From the NCBI GenBank assembly GCA_036339955.1, contig JAYYZX010000019.1, forward strand, positions 11,913 to 75,912: a stretch of 64,000 nucleotides of DNA, read 5' to 3'. The translations under genes and the position numbers were made by a program. Positions within the stretch are counted from its first letter, which is position 1. Each line of letters opens with the position of its first letter. This document shows positions 1-8,659 of this stretch, in pieces. The notes below the pieces were generated by a model, which was not told the origin of the DNA, ran no database searches, and saw only the letters and a program-made list of their open reading frames with translations. Source of the DNA: Bacteroidota bacterium. GTDB taxonomy: Bacteria; Bacteroidota; Bacteroidia; Flavobacteriales; BACL11.

Positions 1-1956
1 GATATCAAAATGCCATTTATCAGAGTTAGTACTATAGGCAAAATTAAGTAATCCTCTTGTCTTTGGCTGTAAAGGCAATTCTTTTTCTATGCCATTAAAT
101 GTAGATACTGTATTATTTATCTTATATCCTAAACGTATTTGAAGTTGGTCAATAATCTTATAGTCTAATCCAAGCTGAATGCTAGTCGCATACGAATTTC
201 CATCTAAATTCTTAAATGAAATCACATCTTTATTTTCAATATTTACTACAATTTGATTATCAAAAACAGTATTGTAAATATCAAAATTAACAGTTCCTTC
301 TTTATTTAAGAAGTAGAAGCAATGCGCAATATTTAATCCATAATTTAATGCAGTTTCTGCTTTTAAGTTTTCTGTAAAAATTATTTCTCTTGAGGATGCT
401 AAATAGTTCATATTTTCTGTAATGAAATTACTAACTCTAAATGCTTCCCCCATAGAGAAACGAATAGCGGTTCTGTCTCCAGGGTTATATTTAATATTCA
501 ATCTTGGAGAATAATATATTTTATCTTCAATATTATAATAGTCAGCTCTAAATCCTGTTATAATATTAATTTTTTCATTTTGATATTGATGCTCTGAAAA
601 TAAACCTGTAACTAGATCTACTCTTTTCTTTAAAAGAAAAGGCTGATTAGTATTCCCTTCAAAACTTTCTGTAAATCTATCAGCAAAATAACTTCCACCA
701 TATTTTACAAGATGCTTATCATTTAGTTGGTTTTGTTCAACAATATTAATTGAGAAACTTTCTTGTATGCCAGTATATATATTATTTCCAAATTTGGCTT
801 TTTGATTATGTAACGTAAAGCTTGTTTGAGATCCAATACTTTTTTTATCACTTTTAATTTTACCTAGCTTAGTATATACTTGAATAATTTGGTTATCAAC
901 ATTAATAAGATAAGGATTTGCTATATTTTGATCAGTTGTAATTTGTCCAGCCACCCTTTCTTCTATTATCCCCCTAAGATTGGTTTGAAGCCTATATTTT
1001 TCAGAACCATAGTATTTCCATCTGTTTAACAAACTAAATTGTTTGATTTTTGGCATATCAAGGAATTTATCTCCTGGGCGATCTGAATGATCTGAATGAT
1101 CATGGTGAGATCCATGATGATCTATTTCTCTATCAAAATATGAGACATGAGTAAACAAGTTGCTTTTCCAATTTCCATTTTTCTTAGTTAGCATTAAATT
1201 ATTTTCTAGTTTCCCTTCAGAATTAGTATATAAATTCCAATTTAATTTATCTCCCGAACCGGCTTCAGGTTTAAAATACTCTAGATTAATTTGGCCCGTA
1301 AAAGATTCAAACCCATTGACTACAGAACCAGCTCCTTGGATTATCTGAATCGACTCTATCCAGCTTCCAGGAATATAACTTAATCCATAAGATCTTTGCA
1401 TACCTCTTATTAAAGGAATCAGTTCATTAGTTATCTGTATATATTTTCCATCTAGGCCAAGCATCTGAATTTTTTTAATTCCAGAAACACCATCTGAATA
1501 ACTAATATCAACTGTGTTATTTGTTTCAAAACATTCTGAAAGGTTACAGCAGGCTGCTTTTTGAATTTCTCCAGCTGAAATTGTTTGGATATTTAGAGGT
1601 TCTATTGTAGATATTTTGGTTGTATTTATTTCTCCAGCTATTTCTACTTCATCTAAATCTATGGATTGAGTCAAATAAAAGATGTATTCGTTATTAACCA
1701 CTTCTTTGGATTCTAGAGTGTGACCAACGTAACTTACATTTAATGTTGCTGGAAGAGAAGGAGGTTCTTTAATAGAATACTCACCATTCACATTTGTAGT
1801 TGTACCAACTAATGTTCCTTCCCAATATACGTTAGCTCCCAATATTGGAGATGTATTTCCATTCTCCAAGATCTCTAGAACTTTCCCTTCTATATTTTGA
1901 GCTGTAGCATTTAAGATACTACAAGATAATAATGTAATTACAATTATATTTTTCAT
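1..1956 (-). CDS. TonB-dependent outer-membrane receptor, first 652 codons (3' end lies beyond window position 1)
   Basis: Absent from the ORF track because it is open at position 1. My translation from ATG 1956-1954 reads MKNIIVITLLSCSILNATAQNIEGKVLEILENGNTSPILGANVYWEGT..., a signal peptide plus carboxypeptidase-regulatory-like N-domain typical of Bacteroidota TBDRs. Spot-checked segments of the frame, including positions 1-60, contain no stop, and no sizeable minus-strand ORF fragments are listed in this region. Contains DHHGSHHDHSDHSD at 1081-1122. Confidence 0.8.
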   Translation of the reverse strand, partial: MKNIIVITLLSCSILNATAQNIEGKVLEILENGNTSPILGANVYWEGTLVGTTTNVNGEYSIKEPPSLPATLNVSYVGHTLESKEVVNNEYIFYLTQSIDLDEVEIAGEINTTKISTIEPLNIQTISAGEIQKAACCNLSECFETNNTVDISYSDGVSGIKKIQMLGLDGKYIQITNELIPLIRGMQRSYGLSYIPGSWIESIQIIQGAGSVVNGFESFTGQINLEYFKPEAGSGDKLNWNLYTNSEGKLENNLMLTKKNGNWKSNLFTHVSYFDREIDHHGSHHDHSDHSDRPGDKFLDMPKIKQFSLLNRWKYYGSEKYRLQTNLRGIIEERVAGQITTDQNIANPYLINVDNQIIQVYTKLGKIKSDKKSIGSQTSFTLHNQKAKFGNNIYTGIQESFSINIVEQNQLNDKHLVKYGGSYFADRFTESFEGNTNQPFLLKKRVDLVTGLFSEHQYQNEKINIITGFRADYYNIEDKIYYSPRLNIKYNPGDRTAIRFSMGEAFRVSNFITENMNYLASSREIIFTENLKAETALNYGLNIAHCFYFLNKEGTVNFDIYNTVFDNQIVVNIENKDVISFKNLDGNSYATSIQLGLDYKIIDQLQIRLGYKINNTVSTFNGIEKELPLQPKTRGLLNFAYSTNSDKWHFDI

Positions 1957-2025
1957 GATTTTTAATTTGAATTAATACTTATGTATTGCGATTAAATCAC
2001 TTTACATATTTTATGTATTAATCTA

Positions 2026-2481
2026 TTAAATTAAGAAGGATTGGATCTTTATATATAAATCCAATTTTAATAATGGAGGAGGTTGTTTCTTACAAGAATA
2101 TATTAAGTGATCGGATATGGCTATTTTATCAAATCCCCAAATAATATTTTGCACAAATAATGTTGTATTCTGAATTAGAACTTTTACTTCTGTAATTGTA
2201 GTCTGAAAATTATATTGAATTAAAACACTTTCTGTTTTACAAGTTGCGATTTTTTCATCATGACAACAGTTTGTTTCTTGTATACTACTACAACAAGAAG
2301 ACGTAATTAGATTATCTATAGAACAGATTTCTTTATCTATTGTACAACTAGGGGATTCTAATCCGATATAAAGACTGCTATTTGTTCCACATTTTAGTTT
2401 AGATACATTTAAACCTATACTAACAAATAGTACAAAACATGCCATTAATAGCGTTGTGATATTTTTCAATATTTTATTCAT
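2026..2481 (-). CDS. Cys-rich membrane-anchored/secreted small protein (HYC_CC_PP-like), 151 aa
   Basis: ORF 2026-2556 trimmed to the internal Met (MNKILKNITTLLMACFVLFVSIG...) because the longer form overlaps the upstream GNAT gene. N-terminal hydrophobic segment, 8 Cys between residues 31-81 (SSCC, NCCHDE), C-terminal QPPP. Sits 69 nt upstream of the TBDR. Confidence 0.6.
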   Translation of the reverse strand: MNKILKNITTLLMACFVLFVSIGLNVSKLKCGTNSSLYIGLESPSCTIDKEICSIDNLITSSCCSSIQETNCCHDEKIATCKTESVLIQYNFQTTITEVKVLIQNTTLFVQNIIWGFDKIAISDHLIYSCKKQPPPLLKLDLYIKIQSFLI

Positions 2482-2507
2482 AACATACCATGCAAAGATA
2501 TAAAAAA

Positions 2508-2978
2508 CTAATAGATCTCTTTTAGTTGTTCTTTTGTCAGCTTCCCATTTAACCATTTGTCACTAATCTCTGCATTATATTTTTTGTAAAAATTGATTGC
2601 TGAGGTATTCCAGTCTAATACTTGCCACATCATACCATTACAATCTAATTGTTTACATACTTTAATTGTCGCTTCAAATAATAAGCTTCCTATACCTTGA
2701 TTCCTATACTGTTTTTTAATTATAAAATCTTCAAGAAATAAAAATTTACCTTTCCATGTGGAATAGCGAATAAAATAAAAGGAGAGCCCAACAATCTCAT
2801 TGCCATTTTCAGCAACTAGAAACGAATAATATGGTTGATCCCCAAAACCGTCATGTTCTAATTCTGTTAATGTGATAGAAACTTCTTCAAGCGCTTTTTC
2901 ATAGTCAGCTAATTCTTGAATTAATTTCAAGACGGAGGCTAAATCTTTTTTTTCACCCTTTCTAATTTTTGTCTTCAT
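2508..2978 (-). CDS. GNAT family N-acetyltransferase (diamine acetyltransferase-like)
   Basis: ORF 2508-3002 contains QYRNQGIGSLLFEATIK, an acetyl-CoA binding Q/RxxGxG/A motif. Start moved to MKTKIRKGEKKDL (2978) because the longer form includes the upstream terminator hairpin. Confidence 0.75.
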   Translation of the reverse strand: MKTKIRKGEKKDLASVLKLIQELADYEKALEEVSITLTELEHDGFGDQPYYSFLVAENGNEIVGLSFYFIRYSTWKGKFLFLEDFIIKKQYRNQGIGSLLFEATIKVCKQLDCNGMMWQVLDWNTSAINFYKKYNAEISDKWLNGKLTKEQLKEIY

Positions 2979-2992
2979 ATTGCTAAAATAAG

Positions 2993-3014
2993 AAAGCCTC
3001 AATATTGAGGCTTT
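2993..3014 (-). terminator. Intrinsic terminator-like palindrome downstream of the porin gene
   Basis: aaagcctcaatattgaggcttt is a near-perfect GC-containing palindrome about 30 nt after the porin stop (3045). On the minus strand it is followed by tcttatttt. Confidence 0.5.
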
Positions 3015-3044
3015 TTCTAGTATTAAAAAATTCTTTTATCTATG

Positions 3045-4178
3045 TTAGAAATCGATTTGCACTCTACATTGTATAGTATTTTCAGTGGTAGCATTATCAC
3101 TACTTCCATCTCCTTCAATTAGTTCAGCCATAACGTAATTAATCATTACTCGCGTATTGGGATTTAAGTACCAGTTTAATCCTACTGTAATATCATTTAA
3201 GGCCCCCATACTAACTTTTGAAAGATCCATTTTTGACATTCTTGCAGCTAATTCTAATGCTCCTTTTCCACTTTTCCCAAAATTGTTTTTAGGTTTTACT
3301 CGGTTGAATCCAGAATATGAGTTTTTGAATTTTCTAGATTCTCCAGTAATGAAATAACTGATTTGGCCATAGTATCCACTTAAACCCATAGAGCTATCCG
3401 CATTTACATTAGTCATTACATATTCTCCTTGTACAGAAAAAGGGCCACCTACATATGCAAATTCAGCACCAATAATTTTAGTTTCTTCTACATTTTCAAA
3501 AGCAGGTGTTAATAATTTAGTTCCTAAATGATTCTCTGGTCTTACAGAGAACCCATATGTTTTTTCATTATTCTTTCTGCTACTCATTGCTCCTCCAAAA
3601 TGTAATAACCCATTATCATTAGTTTTTGTATATGTAATTCTAGCTGTCACATTTGTATTATTTGTTGCTTCTTTATCATCACCATAGCTATCACCTTCTC
3701 TAAAGAATCCTGCTTGTATCCCAATTGTATTGAAATTAAGATGATATAAAACCCCTGTATTCCTTTCTGGTGAGAAGGCAATAGGGAGAGCTCTTTCCAT
3801 AAAAGTCATATACTTGCTTGAGGTCAATGCTTCTAATCTAAGAGGTTCTTTAAAATTTCCAATACGTAATCCTCCGTTTCCTGGCAAGCCGCTTAATTCT
3901 ATCCAAACATCTTTAAAAGAAATCTTACCTTCTGAGTAATCAAGTTGTAATTTATATTTTGTGTTTCCATACAATTCCCCTGAACTATAGAAGCGAACCC
4001 TTCTAAATTCAACACCAGTATTTTTAATAGTGGTATCAGAATCTGTAGTTTCCCATGTTGCCATATCATACATAATTCTACCTCCAAATCTCATCTCTTT
4101 ATCTAAAGACTGGGCTATAGATAAAGTTGTAATAAAAAGTAATATCAAAGGAAGGAAAGCACAAAACTTCTTTTTCAT
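3045..4178 (-). CDS. Phosphate-selective porin O/P family outer-membrane protein
   Basis: ORF 3045-4235 trimmed to MKKKFCAFLPLILLFITTLSIAQ (signal peptide). Beta-barrel-like alternating sequence ending ...QCRVQIDF. Starts 7 nt after the Na/Pi transporter stop. Confidence 0.7.
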   Translation of the reverse strand: MKKKFCAFLPLILLFITTLSIAQSLDKEMRFGGRIMYDMATWETTDSDTTIKNTGVEFRRVRFYSSGELYGNTKYKLQLDYSEGKISFKDVWIELSGLPGNGGLRIGNFKEPLRLEALTSSKYMTFMERALPIAFSPERNTGVLYHLNFNTIGIQAGFFREGDSYGDDKEATNNTNVTARITYTKTNDNGLLHFGGAMSSRKNNEKTYGFSVRPENHLGTKLLTPAFENVEETKIIGAEFAYVGGPFSVQGEYVMTNVNADSSMGLSGYYGQISYFITGESRKFKNSYSGFNRVKPKNNFGKSGKGALELAARMSKMDLSKVSMGALNDITVGLNWYLNPNTRVMINYVMAELIEGDGSSDNATTENTIQCRVQIDF

Positions 4179-4185
4179 TTCTGAT

Positions 4186-5880
4186 TTATTTTTCTGTTGT
4201 AATTGCTTCTGTAACATTAAATACATGGTCACCAATCTTTTCTAATGAATGAACTAAATTAATATATATTACCCCGGGCTCTATCTTAAGTTCATTTCTT
4301 TCTATTCTTTGCAAATAATCTTTTCGTAATGTATTTCTTGTTTTATTGATAAAGATTTCTTTCTCATCGGCATCATGAATACTAACTTGAGTATAATGTG
4401 TATTTAAGTTTTTACACATAACATCAAACGAATTTCTTACTGCAGTTAATATTTTTTCAAGATTTTTGTTTAGTTCTGTATTAAAAGTCACTTTTCTCTC
4501 TCTTTTTCTATCAATCTCGATAGACATTTGATAGCAAATATCACCAATACGTTCCATATCGTTTATTATTGAGATCATGCTTCTAATTTTCTTAGAGGCG
4601 GCATCACTTAACTCACCTTGAGATACTTTAGCAAGATAGTTAGCTATTTCTATTTCTATTCTATCTGTTGTGTCTTCGTATTTTTTTATGCGAGCCATCT
4701 TTTCTCGAAATCCCTTCTCATTAGTTTCCTCTGCAAGGTCTGGAATAAAACTAAAAAGCTTTGCTGTAATTTTTCCAAATTTAGCTACTTCCTTAGTAGC
4801 TTCCATAATTGAAAGCTCTGTTGTACTCATTAATCCAGTACCTATATGTTCTAATTTAAATTCTTCATCTATATCGCCTTTAGATGGCTGTAATTTGACA
4901 ACTATTCTACTTATTAATGGTACAAATCCTACTAAAAATAAAACATTAAGAATATTAAACGAAGTATGAAATATAGAGAGTCCTATTGGTATAGCTACAG
5001 AAACACCAATACTATTTACAGGAGATAATCCCATGTTAGTATTCATATAGTTGTCAATAGTACTAATAAATAAAGGGAGAGCTAATATCATCCATATTAC
5101 ACCAAAAATATTAAATATAAAATGCGCTCTTGCAGATCGTTTAGCATGTACATTTCCAACCATTGCCGCTAAATTAGCCGTAATAGTAGTTCCGATATTT
5201 TCTCCAAGAACCATTGCAGCAGCTAATTCAAAAGGGATATATCCCTCATAACACATTACAAGAGTTAATGCCATTGCAGCACTCGAAGATTGAACTATTA
5301 AAGTTAAGATAGTCCCTACTCCAATGAAAATAATTGTTGAGAGTACTCCCATATTAGCATAGTTTGTCAAGAAGCTCAAAAATTCAGTATTCTCTTTTAG
5401 ATTAGGAACTGAATTTTTTAACTCATCAAGACCCATAAATAGTAATGCAAAACCAATAAATACTTCTGCCCAAGATCTAATATGAGCTTTTGAAGCAAAC
5501 ATCATTGGGAATCCTATAGCAATTATTGGTAAGGCAATAGCCGATATCTTAACTTTAAATCCTAGAATAGAAATTAACCATGCAGTAATAGTAGTCCCAA
5601 TATTTGCTCCCATAATTACTCCTATAGATTCTATTAAAGATAGTAGCCCTGCATTTACAAAGCTTACAATCATTACCGTTGTAGCAGAAGAAGATTGTAA
5701 TAGAGCTGTAATGAGAAAGCCAGTAATCACCCCTAAAAATCTATTTGAGGTCATACTACTTAAAATCTGTCTCATTTTACTTCCAGCTACTTTTTGTATC
5801 CCATCACTCATAACCTTCATACCAAAGATGAAAAACCCAAGAGCTCCTATAATTATGATTAAATTGTAAAAAGAAAACAT
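4186..5880 (-). CDS. Na+/phosphate cotransporter family protein with C-terminal PhoU-like domain
   Basis: 564 aa. N-terminus MFSFYNLIIIIGALGFFIFGMKVMSDGIQKVAG and duplicated QSSSA(T/A) motifs are typical of the NptA/YjbB family. The C-terminal helical region contains ERIGD...EKIGDH repeats like PhoU. Confidence 0.85.
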   Translation of the reverse strand: MFSFYNLIIIIGALGFFIFGMKVMSDGIQKVAGSKMRQILSSMTSNRFLGVITGFLITALLQSSSATTVMIVSFVNAGLLSLIESIGVIMGANIGTTITAWLISILGFKVKISAIALPIIAIGFPMMFASKAHIRSWAEVFIGFALLFMGLDELKNSVPNLKENTEFLSFLTNYANMGVLSTIIFIGVGTILTLIVQSSSAAMALTLVMCYEGYIPFELAAAMVLGENIGTTITANLAAMVGNVHAKRSARAHFIFNIFGVIWMILALPLFISTIDNYMNTNMGLSPVNSIGVSVAIPIGLSIFHTSFNILNVLFLVGFVPLISRIVVKLQPSKGDIDEEFKLEHIGTGLMSTTELSIMEATKEVAKFGKITAKLFSFIPDLAEETNEKGFREKMARIKKYEDTTDRIEIEIANYLAKVSQGELSDAASKKIRSMISIINDMERIGDICYQMSIEIDRKRERKVTFNTELNKNLEKILTAVRNSFDVMCKNLNTHYTQVSIHDADEKEIFINKTRNTLRKDYLQRIERNELKIEPGVIYINLVHSLEKIGDHVFNVTEAITTEK

Positions 5881-5968
5881 ACTATTATTTTATTTTGCAA
5901 ATAAAAAAAATAAAGAGATACAAAACAATTCTGTATAAAATATTTTTTTAGAATTCTCAGATTTTTTA

Positions 5969-6493
5969 TTATTTATAATACTTTTCTAAATCTTTTCTGG
6001 TTTTTTTTATTTTTGGTGAGATTACTAGGTTACAGTAAGGCGCATACTGATTCTTATTATAATAATTCTGATGATATTCCTCAGCAGGATAAAATTCTTC
6101 AAACTTCTTAACTTCAGTTACAATTTCCCCATCAAACATTTCATGATTCATCTTTTCTATATATGATTTTATTATCATACTATCTGTATTTGACATATAG
6201 AGAATTATAGATCGATAATGCATTCCTACGTCATTACCTTGTCTATTTAAGCTGGTCGGATCATGAGATAGAAAAAATATTTTAAGTAAATCTTTTAAAT
6301 TAATCTTCTTAGAGTTATAAATAATTTCACATACTTCAGCATGTTGAGTTAAGCTATTAGAAACTTGTTCATATGAAGGGTTTTTTATTTTTCCTCCAGA
6401 ATAACCACTTATTACTTGGGTTACCCCAATAACATCTTCAAATATTGCTTCTGTACACCAAAAACACCCGCCTCCAAAATATATTTTTTTCAT
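5969..6493 (-). CDS. msrA: Peptide-methionine (S)-S-oxide reductase
   Basis: ORF 5969-6517 trimmed to MKKIYFGGGCFWCTEA, which carries the GCFWC active-site motif. Confidence 0.9.
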   Translation of the reverse strand: MKKIYFGGGCFWCTEAIFEDVIGVTQVISGYSGGKIKNPSYEQVSNSLTQHAEVCEIIYNSKKINLKDLLKIFFLSHDPTSLNRQGNDVGMHYRSIILYMSNTDSMIIKSYIEKMNHEMFDGEIVTEVKKFEEFYPAEEYHQNYYNKNQYAPYCNLVISPKIKKTRKDLEKYYK

Positions 6494-6587
6494 AGATGCT
6501 AAAATAATAAAACACACTCATTTGAGGGGGATTATTCTGCGTCTGCTTCTCGGTCCTGAGTTCTGAATTTTTTAGAAAACTATTGAG

Positions 6588-6595
6588 TAAGTTTG
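6588..6595 (+). promoter_or_regulatory. -7 promoter box TAnnTTTG upstream of the cupin gene
   Basis: taagtttg matches the Bacteroidota sigma-A -7 consensus. Its G is 4 nt before ATG 6600. Confidence 0.4.
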
Positions 6596-6599
6596 CGTC

Positions 6600-6974
6600 A
6601 TGAAGAAAATTGAACCAATTAATATAATGAATAAGTTTTTATTATTTAATGAAGAATGGACTCCTAAAATTATAGGAGAGCTTAATAATCAGTATGTAAA
6701 AATTTGTAAGCTTAAAGATGATTTTGTATGGCATAGTCATGAAAATGAAGATGAACTGTTTATGGTTTTTAAAGGAACACTTTTAATTGATTTTAGAGAT
6801 GGACAAAAAGTTAAAGTAAAGGAAGGTGAGATTTTAATTATTCCAAAAGGGGTAGAGCATAGGCCTCACACTAATGGAGAAATCGTATTTAATCTTCTAT
6901 TTGAACCAAAGACAACCCTACATACTGGTGATGTTGATACTGAAATGACAGTTAAAGAATTAGATTGGATTTAG
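6600..6974 (+). CDS. Cupin domain protein
   Basis: 124 aa. WHSHENEDELFMVFKG...IPKGVEHRP matches the two-motif cupin metal-site pattern. Confidence 0.75.
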   Translation: MKKIEPINIMNKFLLFNEEWTPKIIGELNNQYVKICKLKDDFVWHSHENEDELFMVFKGTLLIDFRDGQKVKVKEGEILIIPKGVEHRPHTNGEIVFNLLFEPKTTLHTGDVDTEMTVKELDWI

Positions 6975-6995
6975 TAAAAGACACTTATTGAAAAA

Positions 6996-7298
6996 CTAAA
7001 GAGCTATAGCTGCTCCAATACCTGCAAAAACAATTAATAGTAGTAGTAGCCCTATTAAAGAAATAACTAATCCCGCAATTGCCATTCCTCTAGGAGCTTT
7101 AAACACCCCTATAAAAGATAGTACAAGGCCTAAAAACCATATAGTCCAACCAACAAGAGGAATCCAGCCTAAGAATAATGCAATTAAAGAAAGAACAAAT
7201 CCAGCAATTCCAATACCATTAGAAGGTGTTTCTTTTTGATTAACAATAATTGTTTGTGCAGGATTTTGTTGTTCTTTGTTTTTAATTTCTTCTGACAT
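6996..7298 (-). CDS. Small membrane protein, DUF4190-like
   Basis: 100 aa. Polar N-terminus followed by Gly/Ile/Leu-rich hydrophobic segments (GIAGFVLSLIALFLGWIPLVGW..., AIAGLVISLIGLLLLLIVFAG). Confidence 0.6.
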   Translation of the reverse strand: MSEEIKNKEQQNPAQTIIVNQKETPSNGIGIAGFVLSLIALFLGWIPLVGWTIWFLGLVLSFIGVFKAPRGMAIAGLVISLIGLLLLLIVFAGIGAAIAL

Positions 7299-7314
7299 AG
7301 GTGTTTATTTTTTG

Positions 7315-7389
7315 TGGGCAATGAGGGACTCGAACCCCCGACTTCCTCCTTGTAAGGGAGGCACTCTGAACCAACTGAGTTAATCGCCC
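7315..7389 (-). tRNA. tRNA-Val (anticodon UAC)
   Basis: The reverse complement GGGCGATTAACTCAGTTGGTTCAGAGTGCCTCCCTTACAAGGAGGAAGTCGGGGGTTCGAGTCCCTCATTGCCCA folds by hand into a cloverleaf. Anticodon stem CCTCC/GGAGG, loop CTTACAA, T-loop TTCGAGT. CCA is not encoded. Confidence 0.9.
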
Positions 7390-7401
7390 TAAGATTTCGA
7401 G

Positions 7402-7409
7402 CAAATATA
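7402..7409 (-). promoter_or_regulatory. -7 promoter box TAnnTTTG upstream of tRNA-Val
   Basis: The minus strand reads tatatttg, 12 nt upstream of the tRNA 5' end. Confidence 0.45.
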
Positions 7410-7447
7410 TAGCATTTCTATTTTGTTACAATAACATATTCAAAAAA

Positions 7448-8659
7448 TTATATAACTTCAGCTACTACAAATGTACTTCCTCCAACAAAAATTAAGTCTT
7501 CTTTTTTTGCATCTTTTTTTGCATTAGATAATGCTTCGTGAACAGTTAGAAAAACTCTTCCTTTAAGTTTAAATTTCTGTGCTTTTACTTTAAGCTCTTT
7601 AGGATCCATACTTCTTGGAATATTTGCTTTACAAAAGTAGTATAAAGCATTTTTAGGAAGTAGATTAAGAATAGTATCAATTTTTTTATCGTTGACTGTT
7701 CCAAATATTATATGCAGTTGATTAAACTTTAGTGAATTAAGTTGTCTTATAATTTCCTTAATTCCACTTTCATTGTGAGCTACATCACAAATAATTTTTG
7801 GTTTCTTTTGAAGAATTTGCCATCTGCCCAACAGGCCTGTATTTGAGACAACATTTTTTAACCCAGATTTTATTTTTTTTATTTTCCACCCTAAATAAAT
7901 TAGTGTTTTTATAGCAGTTACAGAAGTAGCTAAGTTTTCTTTTTGGTAGAATCCTTCTAAATCTGTAGAATAATTATTGCTTATTTCAGATTCAGAAAAA
8001 TATATTGGAGCATTAACGTTATTTGCTTTATTTATGAATATTTGTTTAGACTTGTCATTTGTTTCTCCTATTATAACTGGAGTATTAGACTTTATAATTC
8101 CCGCTTTTTCATTAGTAATCTTTTCTATAGTATTACCTAAAAGATATTCATGATCATAACTTATATTTGTAATAATTGAGATTTCTGGGCAAAGAATATT
8201 TGTACTATCTAATCTCCCCCCTAAACCCGTTTCAATTATTGCAACATCTACTTTTTCTTCAGCAAAATAATCAAAAGCCATTGCTACTGTCATTTCAAAA
8301 AAAGATAAGTCTATATTTTTAAAAAAGAGTTTATTCCTTCTTATGAAATTAACCACACTGGATTTTCCTATTAATTTCCCATTTATCTTAATACGTTCTC
8401 TAAAATCTTTCAGATGAGGAGAGGTGTATAAACCAGTTTTATATCCTGATTCTTGCAAGACTGACGCTATTATATGAGCAACAGAACCTTTACCGTTTGT
8501 CCCAGCAATATGAATGCTTTTAAATTGATTATGTGGATTGTTTATGTAATCACATAATTTCTTAATATTTCCTATATCTTTTTTATATGCAACAGGTCCT
8601 TTTCGTTGATATATTGGGAGTTGATTAAACAGATAATCTAAAGCTTGTTTATATGTCAT
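7448..8659 (-). CDS. folC: Bifunctional folylpolyglutamate synthase / dihydrofolate synthase
   Basis: 403 aa. Mur-ligase P-loop HIAGTNGKGS plus the overall FolC layout. The start overlaps the tonB stop by 1 nt (TAATG). Confidence 0.85.
   Translation of the reverse strand: MTYKQALDYLFNQLPIYQRKGPVAYKKDIGNIKKLCDYINNPHNQFKSIHIAGTNGKGSVAHIIASVLQESGYKTGLYTSPHLKDFRERIKINGKLIGKSSVVNFIRRNKLFFKNIDLSFFEMTVAMAFDYFAEEKVDVAIIETGLGGRLDSTNILCPEISIITNISYDHEYLLGNTIEKITNEKAGIIKSNTPVIIGETNDKSKQIFINKANNVNAPIYFSESEISNNYSTDLEGFYQKENLATSVTAIKTLIYLGWKIKKIKSGLKNVVSNTGLLGRWQILQKKPKIICDVAHNESGIKEIIRQLNSLKFNQLHIIFGTVNDKKIDTILNLLPKNALYYFCKANIPRSMDPKELKVKAQKFKLKGRVFLTVHEALSNAKKDAKKEDLIFVGGSTFVVAEVI

Noticed and set aside
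1160-1348. 62-aa plus-strand ORF inside the TonB-dependent receptor gene
   Set aside because: It lies wholly antisense to a long, motif-supported minus-strand gene. The sequence is low-complexity with no start context or promoter box. It is a typical chance ORF in AT-rich DNA.
2482-2556. Long N-terminal extensions in the ORF track for several genes (also 2979-3002, 4179-4235, 6494-6517, 15350-15403, 23094-23135, 24113-24148, 28897-28920)
   Set aside because: The extensions overlap upstream genes or terminators and precede obvious signal peptides or conserved N-termini. Internal Met codons give the family-typical start.
6524-6565. Possible SRP (4.5S) RNA, because the minus strand reads CAGGACCGAGAAGCAGAC, faintly like the conserved domain IV sequence AGGUCCGGAAGGAAGCAGC
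   Set aside because: The GGAA tetraloop and its flanking pairing partners are missing, and I could not build helix 8 or a closing helix 5 by hand. It is kept only as a low-interest GC-rich island.
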